In this document: piece after piece, positions 28,916 through 39,084 of the stretch
Layout of the letters: each line of letters begins with the position of its first letter
How positions within the stretch are numbered: the first letter of the stretch is position 1
NCBI GenBank assembly: GCA_965216755.1
Contig: CBDCGL010000011.1
Location: forward strand, 4,179,482-4,243,481
Reading direction: 5' to 3'
DNA length: 64,000 nt
DNA from: Alphaproteobacteria bacterium
Lineage (GTDB): Bacteria > Pseudomonadota > Alphaproteobacteria > UBA7887
Program-made: the position numbers and the translations under genes
Notes under the pieces: model-generated
Told to the model about the DNA's origin: nothing
What the model saw: the letters and a program-made list of their open reading frames with translations, nothing else
Databases searched by the model: none

Positions 28916-30337
28916 TCAAACCTCTTCCGATAACATCGGTCGCAAGCTCGACCAATCCGGCAACGCTGCGGTTGCGAATCCGGGACATGCGAGCGAGCCG
29001 ATCGCCAATTCGCCGTGGCGAATGTTTATGCGCACTGGTCCATCCTGCTGATGATAGAGGTCGCCGTGCGCGGCCAAAAATTGCTGTTGTTCGTGTTCCG
29101 GCGCGGCGCCCATTCCGTTCGCATAGTGATGACCATTGCGCTCGACATGACGGCAACCGATCATCGCCGCCAAGGCCAAATCCTGCTGTACGCAAATACC
29201 GGCTTGGGTCGACAAATCCTCGGCCGACATGAAATAGGTGTCGCGGCCGGACTCGCTATTCCAATGGGCGCAACGGGCGCGGTTCAAGAACGATTTGTAG
29301 AGACCCTTACAGCCCTTCGACGACACGCCGTGATAGCCGAGCGCGCGGGCGCGAGGAAATATATCCAAGGATTCATCGGACTCGTCAATAATCACCGGCT
29401 TGCCGATAGTGAGATCGGAAATATCAATTTCCAACGCGACATTGCGGGAAACCGGTTGCTCAACAAATAGAATCGAATCGTACAAACGGCGCAACGCCGG
29501 CGTGGCGCGCATCACAGCCATCAATTCTTCAATGCCAGACAGATCATTATATTGCTCATTACCGTCGAGTGTTGAGTGATACGTCTCCCCGCTTTGGTCC
29601 AACACCTCGGCGATTTGTGTCAGCCGTTCGACGTCTGCTTTAAAATCACCGCCAACCTTGATCTTGAAAAATCTCTGGCCGTATGCGCTGACCACCTGAT
29701 CCAGGGTTTCCGGCAAGCCATCATTGACTGACGACTCGCTGGCCGACAATGGGTCGACAAGGCCGACCGTGTGTCGGGGAATTATGGTCGCCGGCGGGTG
29801 TATCGTTCCAAGCAGGCCATCAATATCGAATCCAGCCAAATCCGTGCTCAGCGCGCCGACCGACAGCCCAGCGATGTTGGCGGCCATGCCCTCAAAAACA
29901 GACACATCGGCGAGACGACACACCGCGTCCAGGATGGCCCTGTCAAGGACCGCCGGGCCATAGCAAGACACCAACGGGTTCAAACCACGCGCCGCACCGG
30001 CTGCGATCTGGTCGCGATAGCAAGCTTGATAAAGGCCAAAGGGCGTCTGCCAACCGGCGCTTTGATAGGCGTCGGTCGCCAGCCGCAGTGCGGTGCGCAA
30101 CTGGCGTTCGTTGTCGGCGTCGGTCAGGGCCGGGTTTTTGTCGAACCATTTCGGCACCAGCAACTCGGCGGCCACGCCGCTTGATTCGCGGTTCTGTTCA
30201 TCGCGTACCCGAACGCGCACAAACGCCTGCTTCGCTTCGGTGAGAATGATCACGCCAAATCGAAACGGAATCCTCAGCCGCACGTCGCGTTCGGCAAAGG
30301 CGACGTCGTCGACCGTGATGCGCGGCGCGGCGCTCAA
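28916..30337 (-). CDS. Enolase-superfamily (mandelate racemase / muconate lactonizing enzyme-like) protein.
   Basis: A KIKVGG K-x-K motif is present within 473 aa. Only 4 bp separate it from the upstream gene. Confidence 0.5.
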   Translation of the reverse strand: MSAAPRITVDDVAFAERDVRLRIPFRFGVIILTEAKQAFVRVRVRDEQNRESSGVAAELLVPKWFDKNPALTDADNERQLRTALRLATDAYQSAGWQTPFGLYQACYRDQIAAGAARGLNPLVSCYGPAVLDRAILDAVCRLADVSVFEGMAANIAGLSVGALSTDLAGFDIDGLLGTIHPPATIIPRHTVGLVDPLSASESSVNDGLPETLDQVVSAYGQRFFKIKVGGDFKADVERLTQIAEVLDQSGETYHSTLDGNEQYNDLSGIEELMAVMRATPALRRLYDSILFVEQPVSRNVALEIDISDLTIGKPVIIDESDESLDIFPRARALGYHGVSSKGCKGLYKSFLNRARCAHWNSESGRDTYFMSAEDLSTQAGICVQQDLALAAMIGCRHVERNGHHYANGMGAAPEHEQQQFLAAHGDLYHQQDGPVRINIRHGELAIGSLACPGFATAALPDWSSLRPMLSEEV

Positions 30338-30340
30338 AGC

Positions 30341-31507
30341 TTATTGCGCCACGCCGTGGACGGCGAGCATCGATTTCATGCGATCGCTCGCCAGTTCTGG
30401 ATCGCGCAAGAGATTTGCGGCATCGGCCAGACGAAACAACTCGGCCAGGTGCAGCAGCGACCGGGCACTTTGTTGACCCCCGACCATGACGAAATGATCT
30501 TGATGGCCGTTGAGCCAAGCCATGAAGACAACGCCCGTTTTGTAGAAACGCGTCGGCGCTTTGAATATGTGGCGCGACAGGGGTACGGTCGGCGCCAGCA
30601 ACGCGTGAAAACTGCCACGTTCATTATTCGCAAGCGCATCGAGTGCGGCGGACGCCGCCGGCGCGATGGGATCAAAGATTCCCAGCAAGGCATCGCTATA
30701 GCCAACCGTATCGCCATCAATCAGCTCGGCATAATTGAAATCATCGCCCGTATACATGCGAACACCTTCGGGCAGTCGGCGACGCATGGCGATTTCTTTG
30801 TCTTTGTCCAGCAGCGAAACCTTGATGCCGTCGACTTTGTCGGCGTGGGCCCCGATCACATCCAGGCAAACGTTCATGGCGTCCATGTGATCGGCGTGGC
30901 CCCAATAGCCTTCAAGAGCGGGGTCGAACATTTCGCCCAACCAATGGATAATAACGGGTCTTGCGACTTGGCCCAAGATCCGGTCATAGACCTGGACATA
31001 GTCATCGGGCCCTTGAGCACAGGCGGCCAATGCACGGCTTGCCATCAAAATGATATCGCCGCCCAGCGATTCGATGAACGCGACTTGTTCCTCGTATGCC
31101 GCCACAACCGCGTCGAGCGTCAGGTCGCCGTTTGGCTGGACATGGTCGGTTCCGGCGCCCGAAGCAATGCGCGCGCCAGGGACGGTCTTGGCCGCTTCAA
31201 GACTCCGCCGGATCAGCTCACGGCTGGTTTGCCAATCGAGCCCCATGCCGCGCTGGGCCGTATCCATGGCTTCCGCCACGCCTAAACCCAAATCCCAGAG
31301 CTGGTGGCGATAGGCGATCGTCGTGTCCCAATCCAATGCGGGTTCAAGCCATGGATCGACGTCGGCGCGTGAATCCGCGACCACATGCGCCGCCGAATAC
31401 GCCACGCGGTTAAAAGGACGGTTGGAGCGGACCGGAAAGGCGCGCGGCTGGCGCAAGGTGAACGGCGCCAAATCGCCATTTTCAGTCGGCAGATTAATCG
31501 TTGTCAT
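30341..31507 (-). CDS. DUF993-family protein.
   Basis: The 388-aa soluble protein is conserved next to Gfo/Idh/MocA and TIM-barrel isomerase genes. Confidence 0.45.
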   Translation of the reverse strand: MTTINLPTENGDLAPFTLRQPRAFPVRSNRPFNRVAYSAAHVVADSRADVDPWLEPALDWDTTIAYRHQLWDLGLGVAEAMDTAQRGMGLDWQTSRELIRRSLEAAKTVPGARIASGAGTDHVQPNGDLTLDAVVAAYEEQVAFIESLGGDIILMASRALAACAQGPDDYVQVYDRILGQVARPVIIHWLGEMFDPALEGYWGHADHMDAMNVCLDVIGAHADKVDGIKVSLLDKDKEIAMRRRLPEGVRMYTGDDFNYAELIDGDTVGYSDALLGIFDPIAPAASAALDALANNERGSFHALLAPTVPLSRHIFKAPTRFYKTGVVFMAWLNGHQDHFVMVGGQQSARSLLHLAELFRLADAANLLRDPELASDRMKSMLAVHGVAQ

Positions 31508-31516
31508 CGGTTATCC

Positions 31517-32668
31517 CTATCTCTCCAGTTCGGGCAAATCGATCCAGCGCCGCTCGCGCCAACTTTGCAAGGCGGCCTCCGCCAACTGCACGCCCTTGGC
31601 ACCGGCGCGTAAATCCCAGGGAAACGGCGTGTCATCACACACATGGCGCAAGAACTGTGCCCATTGCGCCTTGAACGCGTTATCGTCATCGAGCGTATCC
31701 GGCACAACCTGCCAGCCGGCAAAGTGGTCAATTGTCGATGGCACGTCCGGGTTCCAAACCGGCTTGGGCGTGGTCGCGCGTGGCTGAACACGACAGTCGC
31801 GTAAGCCTGCAACGGCCGTCCCATGTGTCCCGTCGACTTGGATCGTCAGCAAATCGTCGCGGCGCACGCGTACTGCCCAGGAACAGTTGAAATGGGCGAT
31901 CACGCCGTCGGCAAGTTGAAACGTCATATAGGCGGCGTCATCGGCGGTGGTGTGATAGGGCACGCCATTTTCGTCCCACCGTTCGGCGATGTGGGTCGCG
32001 CCCAAACAACTCACCGCTTCGACAGGGCCAATCGTGTTGTCGAGCACATAGCGCCAATGGGGCGCCATATCCAAAATGATGCCGCCGCCATCTTCGGCCC
32101 GATAATTCCACGACGGCCGTTGGGCTGGCTGTAAATCGCCCTCAAACACCCAGTAGCCGAATTCACCGCGCACCGACAGGATTTGGCCAAGCAAACCGGA
32201 ATCGCGAACCAGCTTCAATTTTCGTAAGCCCGGCAACCACAGTTTATCTTGCACGACACCATGTTTGACGCCCGCGTCGTGCGCGGCGCGATAAACGTCG
32301 AGCGCATCGGCAAGAGTGGCCGCAACCGGCTTCTCGCAGTAGATGTGCTTGCCGGCGGCGATCGCCCGGCGCAGCAGCTCGGCGCGCATGAGAGTCGCCG
32401 CGGCGTCGAAAAAGACGCCGAAATCGGGTTCGCTCAGCGCGGCGTCCAAATCGGTCGTCCAGCGCCTGATGTTGTGGGCCTTGGCGAGTGCCGCCAGCTT
32501 GGTTTCGTTACGCCCCACCAGCAGGGGGTCGGGAATGACCCGCGAACCGTCGGCAAGCGGTACGCCGCCGCTATCCCGAAGGGCCAGGATTGAACGCACC
32601 AAATGCTGATTCATGCCCATGCGCCCGGTCACGCCGTGCATGATGATGCCGAGTTTCTTGGCGGTCAT
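31517..32668 (-). CDS. Gfo/Idh/MocA family NAD(P)-dependent oxidoreductase.
   Basis: The N-terminal Rossmann fold (LGIIMHGVTGRMG) and the Gfo/Idh/MocA C-terminal pattern are both present. Confidence 0.75.
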   Translation of the reverse strand: MTAKKLGIIMHGVTGRMGMNQHLVRSILALRDSGGVPLADGSRVIPDPLLVGRNETKLAALAKAHNIRRWTTDLDAALSEPDFGVFFDAAATLMRAELLRRAIAAGKHIYCEKPVAATLADALDVYRAAHDAGVKHGVVQDKLWLPGLRKLKLVRDSGLLGQILSVRGEFGYWVFEGDLQPAQRPSWNYRAEDGGGIILDMAPHWRYVLDNTIGPVEAVSCLGATHIAERWDENGVPYHTTADDAAYMTFQLADGVIAHFNCSWAVRVRRDDLLTIQVDGTHGTAVAGLRDCRVQPRATTPKPVWNPDVPSTIDHFAGWQVVPDTLDDDNAFKAQWAQFLRHVCDDTPFPWDLRAGAKGVQLAEAALQSWRERRWIDLPELER

Positions 32669-32694
32669 GGTGTCTCCCTAAAGCGCGCTGCGTA

Positions 32695-33756
32695 TTAGTT
32701 TAGCCAACGACCCAAGTTGTCGGCGACAAAGGCGTCGTCGTTCAGGTCGGGATAAGCCCCGCAGACCCGAGTGATTTCCTCGCCCTGACCTGGACTGAGT
32801 GTTTCATCAGGGTCCAAGCACCAAATGCCATCCAACAGCCCTTGTCGGCGCAGTATCTCATGGCATCCTGCGATACAGCCGCGAAAATTGTTGCGGACAT
32901 CGAAAATCGCGCCGTTGGCATCGGTCCAGCGGCTGTCCAGAGCGAGCAGGTCGCCATCGATCCGACCCGTGTCAACGGCGCCGTGCAGGCGTTCCAGCAG
33001 TGCGACGGCGCTGTGGGTCCAGACACCCCACTGGCCAAGCAGGCCACCGCGTATGCGGACACTGACGGGCCGCTGATTCCGCATCGTGACAAACGGCGTC
33101 AGCAAGTCCAGTACAATATGGTCGTCATTGCCGGTATAGAGACTGATGCGATCCTCGGCGCCCGCCTCGATGACCCCGCGCACGACATCGACTGTCCGAT
33201 AGCGATTGAATGGCGCGATCTTGATGGCAATCACATTGTCAATAGAGGCGAAGCGACGCCAAAACGAAACCGCCAATACAACGCCGCCCACCGCCGGCTG
33301 CAAATAGAAACCCACCAACGGCATTGCCGCCGCAAGGCGCGCGCAATGATCGATCATGTCATCCTCGCTTGCGCCATGGAACGCTGCCATGCTGACCATG
33401 CCGGCATGGTAGCCGTGTGCACGCGCGATCTCGGCTTCGGCCAGCGCCTGCGCGGTGCGTCCAGCCAAACCGGCGATCATCAGCAGCGGGCGATCGGTCC
33501 ACGCCGTCGCGGTTTCAGCAGCGTGGCGCAAGACCGTCTCGTAGAGACCGGCTTCCCGGATCGCGAACTGTGTGGCGTGCACGCCGACCGCCAAGCCACC
33601 GGCGCCGGCATCCAAGTAATAGCGTGTCAGCGCCCGTTGCCGCCTTTCATCCAATTTGCGGTCAGCCGTCAGTGCCAAGGGATGCGCGGGAATGACCGTG
33701 CCGGCACGCAGCAGCACGCGCACCGACGCTGGGATGTTATCTATATTGAGTGGCAT
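32695..33756 (-). CDS. Dihydrodipicolinate synthase (DapA/NAL) family protein.
   Basis: The 353-aa protein is the first gene of the five-gene operon. The family assignment comes from overall sequence pattern only. Confidence 0.5.
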   Translation of the reverse strand: MPLNIDNIPASVRVLLRAGTVIPAHPLALTADRKLDERRQRALTRYYLDAGAGGLAVGVHATQFAIREAGLYETVLRHAAETATAWTDRPLLMIAGLAGRTAQALAEAEIARAHGYHAGMVSMAAFHGASEDDMIDHCARLAAAMPLVGFYLQPAVGGVVLAVSFWRRFASIDNVIAIKIAPFNRYRTVDVVRGVIEAGAEDRISLYTGNDDHIVLDLLTPFVTMRNQRPVSVRIRGGLLGQWGVWTHSAVALLERLHGAVDTGRIDGDLLALDSRWTDANGAIFDVRNNFRGCIAGCHEILRRQGLLDGIWCLDPDETLSPGQGEEITRVCGAYPDLNDDAFVADNLGRWLN

Positions 33757-33844
33757 GGATCATCGATATTACGAAGTAACTGATTGGTTACTTTAGTGTG
33801 CGTGTATCGTGTCGTCAAGCTTAGCTCCAGCGATATCGAATCAA

Positions 33845-34795
33845 CTAGCCAAATTCTGGTCCGGCGACGGCAAAGGTCAATTCGGGCCGACCGGGAACCA
33901 AATCGGAATTGGTCATGCGCGCGAACTGTCGCACTGGCTCGAAACCCGCGCCGGCCAAATCGGTGTGCAACACGGTTTGTTGATCGCAAACATCGATGAC
34001 AACCGAGCCATCGCACCGGGCCGCAGCCTCTCTCATAAGCGCTTGAGCGACCGGTGCCGACTCGGCGATCAGCGGTCCGATGTGCATGGCCCGGCGACCG
34101 TCGCGCGCGCAGGCCAACGCGACCACTTTTCCGTCGCGCGTGGCGACCATGGCTTGGGCAGGGCGGCGCCGACAGAAATCCGCGATGACGCGCCGGCGCG
34201 GTGCACCAAAGGCCAAGCCGTCGACAGCCACGGCTTGAGCCAAATGACTTTCCGACATCGGCGCCACGATTTCCGCCATGCCGGTCGGCAAAGGCGCGAA
34301 GTCCAACGCCTCGCTGTTTGCGCGCATACGAGTGAACGTCCACATCTCGCGAAACCCAAGCGGCCGATAGGTTGGTTGTCCCAGAGACGTCGCGTCCAGC
34401 ACCGCTTTGCGGCGCCAGCGCGTCAAGCATTCGAGGCACTGTAAGACAAGCCGTGTTGCAATGCCGCGCCGGCGCCAACGGGCGCTCACCAGCACCATGC
34501 TGATCCATGCAAAATCGCTACCGTAGGGCACCACCAGGGCGCTGGCGATTGCTGTACCGTCGGTTGCGAAAATGCCGAATCCGCCGCCAAGCCCCAGCAT
34601 CAGACGCCAATCTGATACGGTCTGGTTCCAGCCGGCTTCGTCGGACAGTGCGATCAGACTGGCGGCGTCGGCGCCTGAGAGAGGCCGGTGAACAAAAGAG
34701 GCCGGCAGATCAGAATCGGCCGTCACGCGACTCATACGCCGTCGGCTTGCCATAGCTGGGTCGGTCATGGGTGACCCAGTCGGCGGTCCATTCAA
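33845..34795 (-). CDS. GNAT family acetyltransferase with two GNAT-like halves.
   Basis: Motif A reads WRRRGIATRL. The start is ambiguous, with four in-frame Met codons between 34735 and 34795. Confidence 0.55.
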   Translation of the reverse strand: MNGPPTGSPMTDPAMASRRRMSRVTADSDLPASFVHRPLSGADAASLIALSDEAGWNQTVSDWRLMLGLGGGFGIFATDGTAIASALVVPYGSDFAWISMVLVSARWRRRGIATRLVLQCLECLTRWRRKAVLDATSLGQPTYRPLGFREMWTFTRMRANSEALDFAPLPTGMAEIVAPMSESHLAQAVAVDGLAFGAPRRRVIADFCRRRPAQAMVATRDGKVVALACARDGRRAMHIGPLIAESAPVAQALMREAAARCDGSVVIDVCDQQTVLHTDLAGAGFEPVRQFARMTNSDLVPGRPELTFAVAGPEFG

Positions 34796-35747
34796 TCAGA
34801 CGCGCGGTGGCAACAATCGGATTGCCGAACATGCGCGCCGCGCGATCGCCGTTCATCACCCAGGCGCTGTCGGCTTCGGCATAGGCAAAAATCGGTGCGT
34901 TGCCGATTAGGGCGCCGAAAGCTTGGGCCAGGGCGCGGATACTGACGATTTCAGGAGACGTGATATTGAGCGGCGCGGTCGGCTGCGTGCAGTGGTTCAA
35001 TGCCCGTAAGATCTGGCTGCTCGCATCGCCTTGCCAGATGATCGATACATGGCCGGTGGTCAAGTCGATAGGTTGCCGATCGCGCACTTTGCACGCGATT
35101 TCGTGGAACACGCCATACCGCATGTCGATGGCGTAGGCCAAACGAATGAGCCGACCGGCATTGCCGTAGCGCGCCGAGGCATGTTGGAACATGCGTTCGC
35201 GGCCAAGGCAGCCATTGGCATATTCGCCGGGCGGTGCCGGCACAAGATCTTCGGTTGCGCCGCCGCCGGCCACCGGAGAAAACGGATAAACGCAGAGCGT
35301 TGAAAACGCGACGACCCGCGACCCGCGAAATATTTCCGCCACCATTGCCGGCACAAGCACATTCATGGCCCAGCTGAACGGCTCGTCACCGGTGGTCCCA
35401 AACTTGCGGCCCGCCATGAAAATGACGTTGGCAAGGCGCGGTAAGGCGGCGAGCTGATCTTGGTCCAGCAAATCGCAGGCGATCGTCTCAATGTTCCACG
35501 ATTCCAACCGCGAGCGCAGCTGCGGATCCGTGAAGCGCGCGACGCCAACAACCCGCTTGTCGGGTGCGGCGCGCTTGGCCAGACGCGCCAGTGTCGGGCC
35601 GACCTTGCCGGCGACGCCGAGAATAAGCAGATCGCCATCCAACGTCGCCAGGTCGTCGATCAAGGCCTGGCTCGGCCGCGACAGCAACTCTTCCAGCGCA
35701 TCGACGCTTTCGATTCGGTCCGGTAGCGTTTCGGCAGAAAGCAACAT
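34710..35747 (-). CDS. NAD-dependent epimerase/dehydratase family protein, paralog A.
   Basis: It shows the Rossmann motif ILGVAGKVGPTL and 3-beta-HSD/epimerase-like architecture, and is about 55% identical to the neighbouring gene. Confidence 0.6.
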   Translation of the reverse strand: MLLSAETLPDRIESVDALEELLSRPSQALIDDLATLDGDLLILGVAGKVGPTLARLAKRAAPDKRVVGVARFTDPQLRSRLESWNIETIACDLLDQDQLAALPRLANVIFMAGRKFGTTGDEPFSWAMNVLVPAMVAEIFRGSRVVAFSTLCVYPFSPVAGGGATEDLVPAPPGEYANGCLGRERMFQHASARYGNAGRLIRLAYAIDMRYGVFHEIACKVRDRQPIDLTTGHVSIIWQGDASSQILRALNHCTQPTAPLNITSPEIVSIRALAQAFGALIGNAPIFAYAEADSAWVMNGDRAARMFGNPIVATARLIEWTADWVTHDRPSYGKPTAYESRDGRF

Positions 35748-35749
35748 GG

Positions 35750-36781
35750 TCAAAACACGCCGTCGCGCACGGCGAAATGTGTTGGTTTGTCGATGGTCGC
35801 GCCGCCGCGCGCGATCCAATCGGCGGTCCAATCGATCATGCGCCGCAGCGGCACGGATGGATAGCCGAATAACCGCGCGGCTTGGCTGGTGTTTACCAAC
35901 CATGCATCGGTGGCTTCGCGGCCGCTCAAGACCGGCTCTTTGTCAAAGGCCGCGCCAAATACATGCGCCAGCCAACGCACCGACACCGTTTCCGGGCCGC
36001 TGATGTTCAGCGGCGCGATCGGCGTTGTGCAGTGACCGAGCGCGCGCAAGGCTTGGCTCGCCGCATCGCCTTGCCAGATGACATTGACATGGCCCGTGGT
36101 GAGGTCCACCGGTCGACCTTCGAAGACCGCCTTGGCCACGTCGTGCAGCACGCCATACCGCATGTCGATGGCGTAGTTCAAACGCAGCAACCGCCCCGAC
36201 GTTCCATGGCGTGCCGAGTGAAATTGGAAGAGTCGCTCGCGGGCGACGCACGACCATCCATAGTCGCCGGGTGGCGGTTCGAGTGCTGTGGCTTCGGTCG
36301 CACCGCCACTCCCAACATCAACATACGGATAAACGCAACCGGTTGAAAAGGCGACGATGCGCGATTCGCGGAATGCGTTGGCGACCATTGCGGCAACCCG
36401 CGCGTTTGTCGCCCATGTTTCGCCAGGGCCTTGAGCCGAACCGAATTTCCGCCCCGCCATGAAGATGACGTTTGCCACTTTCGGCAGCGATCGCAATTGT
36501 TCGCCATCGGCAAGATCGCACACGATAGTCTCGATTCCGGACTCCTCCAGGGCGCTCCGGGTTCGTCCGTCCGTGAACCGGGCAACGCCCAACACATGCT
36601 TGCGCGGCGCCGCCTGCTTTGCCAATTGCGCCAATGTCGGTCCGATTTTGCCGCCGACGCCGAGGATCAGAATGTCGCCGTCGATCGCGTCTAGCTCGGC
36701 GGTCAAGGTCGACGATGGCCGGGACAGAACCCGATCCAGTTCCACTTCGGATTTCAGTGTGTCGGGCAGGGCATCTGTCAT
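35750..36781 (-). CDS. NAD-dependent epimerase/dehydratase family protein, paralog B.
   Basis: It carries ILGVGGKIGPTL and is a tandem duplicate of the gene at 34710-35747. Confidence 0.6.
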   Translation of the reverse strand: MTDALPDTLKSEVELDRVLSRPSSTLTAELDAIDGDILILGVGGKIGPTLAQLAKQAAPRKHVLGVARFTDGRTRSALEESGIETIVCDLADGEQLRSLPKVANVIFMAGRKFGSAQGPGETWATNARVAAMVANAFRESRIVAFSTGCVYPYVDVGSGGATEATALEPPPGDYGWSCVARERLFQFHSARHGTSGRLLRLNYAIDMRYGVLHDVAKAVFEGRPVDLTTGHVNVIWQGDAASQALRALGHCTTPIAPLNISGPETVSVRWLAHVFGAAFDKEPVLSGREATDAWLVNTSQAARLFGYPSVPLRRMIDWTADWIARGGATIDKPTHFAVRDGVF

Positions 36782-37152
36782 CGTCGGGTGTCTGCGCGTT
36801 ATGTGGCTGTTCTGGTCGACATAACACCATAAGCGATCGTGTGCATGACGATTTTTGAAATCCCGGCGCAGCTTCAGGTGGAGAACCGCGCGCACTGACC
36901 AGCCGCGCCGTGTCATGCCTTCTTATTCTGGCGCCGATTGGCTGATATGGACCATTGACATGGTTGGGCCACGCTTACAAACTTGCCATATCCTGCCGCG
37001 TCAGTGGGATATGGGAAGTCACGTGTACTGGTGCGGCGGCGGTGCAAATGCGATCTTGTTGTCGCTGTCTTGGCGTTAAAGAAGCAATGTCGGTCGTTCG
37101 GCTGAGATGGTTTTTGGGTCGCGTAAGTGAGGCTTGTTAGGGAGGATAATTT

Positions 37153-38967
37153 ATGATTGGGCGTAAGACACGGGGCATCGCCTACGGTCTCGCAGGCGCG
37201 AGCTTGCTGACCTTGGCCATGGCTCTGCCCGCGACCGCACAAACGGTCACGACAGACGACGCTTTGTTGAATGCCGATGCGAACCCGGCGAACTGGGTGA
37301 CCGTCGCGCAGAATTACAAATCGCATCGTTATTCGGCTCTCGATGAAATCAACAAGGATAACGTTGGTGACTTGAAACTGGCCTATGCGCTGTCACTTGG
37401 TGGATCCGACGGCGGCGGTTTCTGGCAATATGGCAATATCGAAGGCACGCCGCTGGTCGAAGACGGCATTATGTATATGCCCAACGGCTGGAGCGAGCTG
37501 TTCAAGATCGACTTGCGTAAAGCCGGTCAAGGCCCGGACATGGTCGAATGGATCTTTGATCCGGCGGTCGATAAGGACTGGGCGGGCAACGTGACCTGCT
37601 GCGCGATCAACAATCGCGGTGTCGGCTTATATCAAGACGGCGTCATCATCAGCACTCTGGATGGCCGGATGATCCGCGTTTCCAAGGACACCGGTGAGGC
37701 TGTTTGGGAAACGCAATTGGCAGATCCGGCGATTGCCGAAACCGTCACGGTCGCCCCGCTGATCGTCAAGAATATGGGCATTACTGGTGTTTCGGGCGCT
37801 GAATACGGCATTCGTGGTTGGATCGCCGCCGTTGATTTGGACTCCGGCAAAGAAAAGTGGCGCCGTTACACGGTACCTGGGCCGGGCGAAGCTGGCTTTG
37901 ACACCTGGAAAGACGACTACGACGCCTGGATGACCGGCGGTGGTTCATCCTGGCAGACCGGTTCGTACGATCCAGATCTCAATTTGGTCTATTGGGGCGT
38001 CGGCAATCCGGGCCCCGACTGGGACAATGACTATCGTCCCGGCGATAACCTCTACACCAGCGGCATGATTGCGGTTAACGCCGACACCGGTGAGATCGAG
38101 TTCCACTTCCAGTACACGCCCAACGATCCGTATGACTATGACGGCATCAATGAGCAGGTTCTGGTTGACGCGGTTGTTGGCGGTGAAGAGCGTAAAGCGA
38201 TCATCCACGCCGACCGTAATGGCTTCTTCTATGCCATCGATCGCAGTGACGGCAAATTTATCTACGGTCTGCCGTTCGTGAAAGAGGTCAACTGGACCCG
38301 TGGTCTGGACAAGGTCACCGGCTTGCCGCTCGACTATGACGCCAGCCGCGACGTTCAGGTTTACATCGCCGAACGGACGCCGAATCGGACCAACAAGTCG
38401 GCCACGTTCTGCCCGAACCTGATGGGTGGCAAGAACTGGATGCCGATTTCCTACAGTCCGAAGACCAACATGGCCTATGTGCCGACCATTGAAAGTTGCA
38501 TCACGGTCAATAACGAGGAAGAAGTTCCGGGTCCGGACGGCTCCTACGTGTTGCGTGAGTGGTTCTCGGGCGGCATGCCGGATGTGACCACTGCCCAAGG
38601 TTCCGATGGCAGTGATCTGGCCGGTAGCCTGACCGCGATCGATATCGCCAATGGCCGTATCGTGCGCAAAGTCGACACCCGTTATCCGCTGATGGCCGGC
38701 GTTCTGTCGACCGGTGGTGGTTTGGTGTTTGTCGCACAGCACGAAGGCAAATTCTGCGCCTTTGACGACGAGTCACTCGATGAACTGTGGTGCTTCCACA
38801 CCAATACGCTGATGGACGCGCCGACCATGAGCTTCGGCGTTGACGGCAAGCAATATATCGCCGTTGCGTCCGGCGGCTGGGGCACCGTTCCGACTTACTT
38901 TGCCCCGTCGGTTCCGGGTCTTGAGAAGGTCAAGCCTGGCAACATCCTGTGGGTATTCGCGCTCTAA
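37153..38967 (+). CDS. xoxF: PQQ-dependent methanol/ethanol-family (type I) alcohol dehydrogenase with the lanthanide-type active site, XoxF/ExaF-like.
   Basis: A GGAGGA Shine-Dalgarno sequence precedes the ATG. A signal peptide is present. The protein has the vicinal Cys pair CC, the PQQ beta-propeller Trp-docking pattern, and a D-Y-D motif (NDPYDYDG) where calcium enzymes have D-Y-A. Confidence 0.8.
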   Translation: MIGRKTRGIAYGLAGASLLTLAMALPATAQTVTTDDALLNADANPANWVTVAQNYKSHRYSALDEINKDNVGDLKLAYALSLGGSDGGGFWQYGNIEGTPLVEDGIMYMPNGWSELFKIDLRKAGQGPDMVEWIFDPAVDKDWAGNVTCCAINNRGVGLYQDGVIISTLDGRMIRVSKDTGEAVWETQLADPAIAETVTVAPLIVKNMGITGVSGAEYGIRGWIAAVDLDSGKEKWRRYTVPGPGEAGFDTWKDDYDAWMTGGGSSWQTGSYDPDLNLVYWGVGNPGPDWDNDYRPGDNLYTSGMIAVNADTGEIEFHFQYTPNDPYDYDGINEQVLVDAVVGGEERKAIIHADRNGFFYAIDRSDGKFIYGLPFVKEVNWTRGLDKVTGLPLDYDASRDVQVYIAERTPNRTNKSATFCPNLMGGKNWMPISYSPKTNMAYVPTIESCITVNNEEEVPGPDGSYVLREWFSGGMPDVTTAQGSDGSDLAGSLTAIDIANGRIVRKVDTRYPLMAGVLSTGGGLVFVAQHEGKFCAFDDESLDELWCFHTNTLMDAPTMSFGVDGKQYIAVASGGWGTVPTYFAPSVPGLEKVKPGNILWVFAL

Positions 38968-39030
38968 GGAACGGACTTGACTCGCGGCGTCGCGCGAAAG
39001 CGGCGTAGCGGGTCACGACGGTCAACAAAA

Positions 39031-39067
39031 AGGGGCGGTCTCAATCGGGGCCGCCCTACTTTTTTGT
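39031..39067 (+). terminator. Bidirectional rho-independent terminator.
   Basis: The stem GGGCGG pairs with CCGCCC, with an A-run upstream and a T-run downstream. Confidence 0.6.
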
Positions 39068-39084
39068 TCGTTGTCCGGAGTTAT

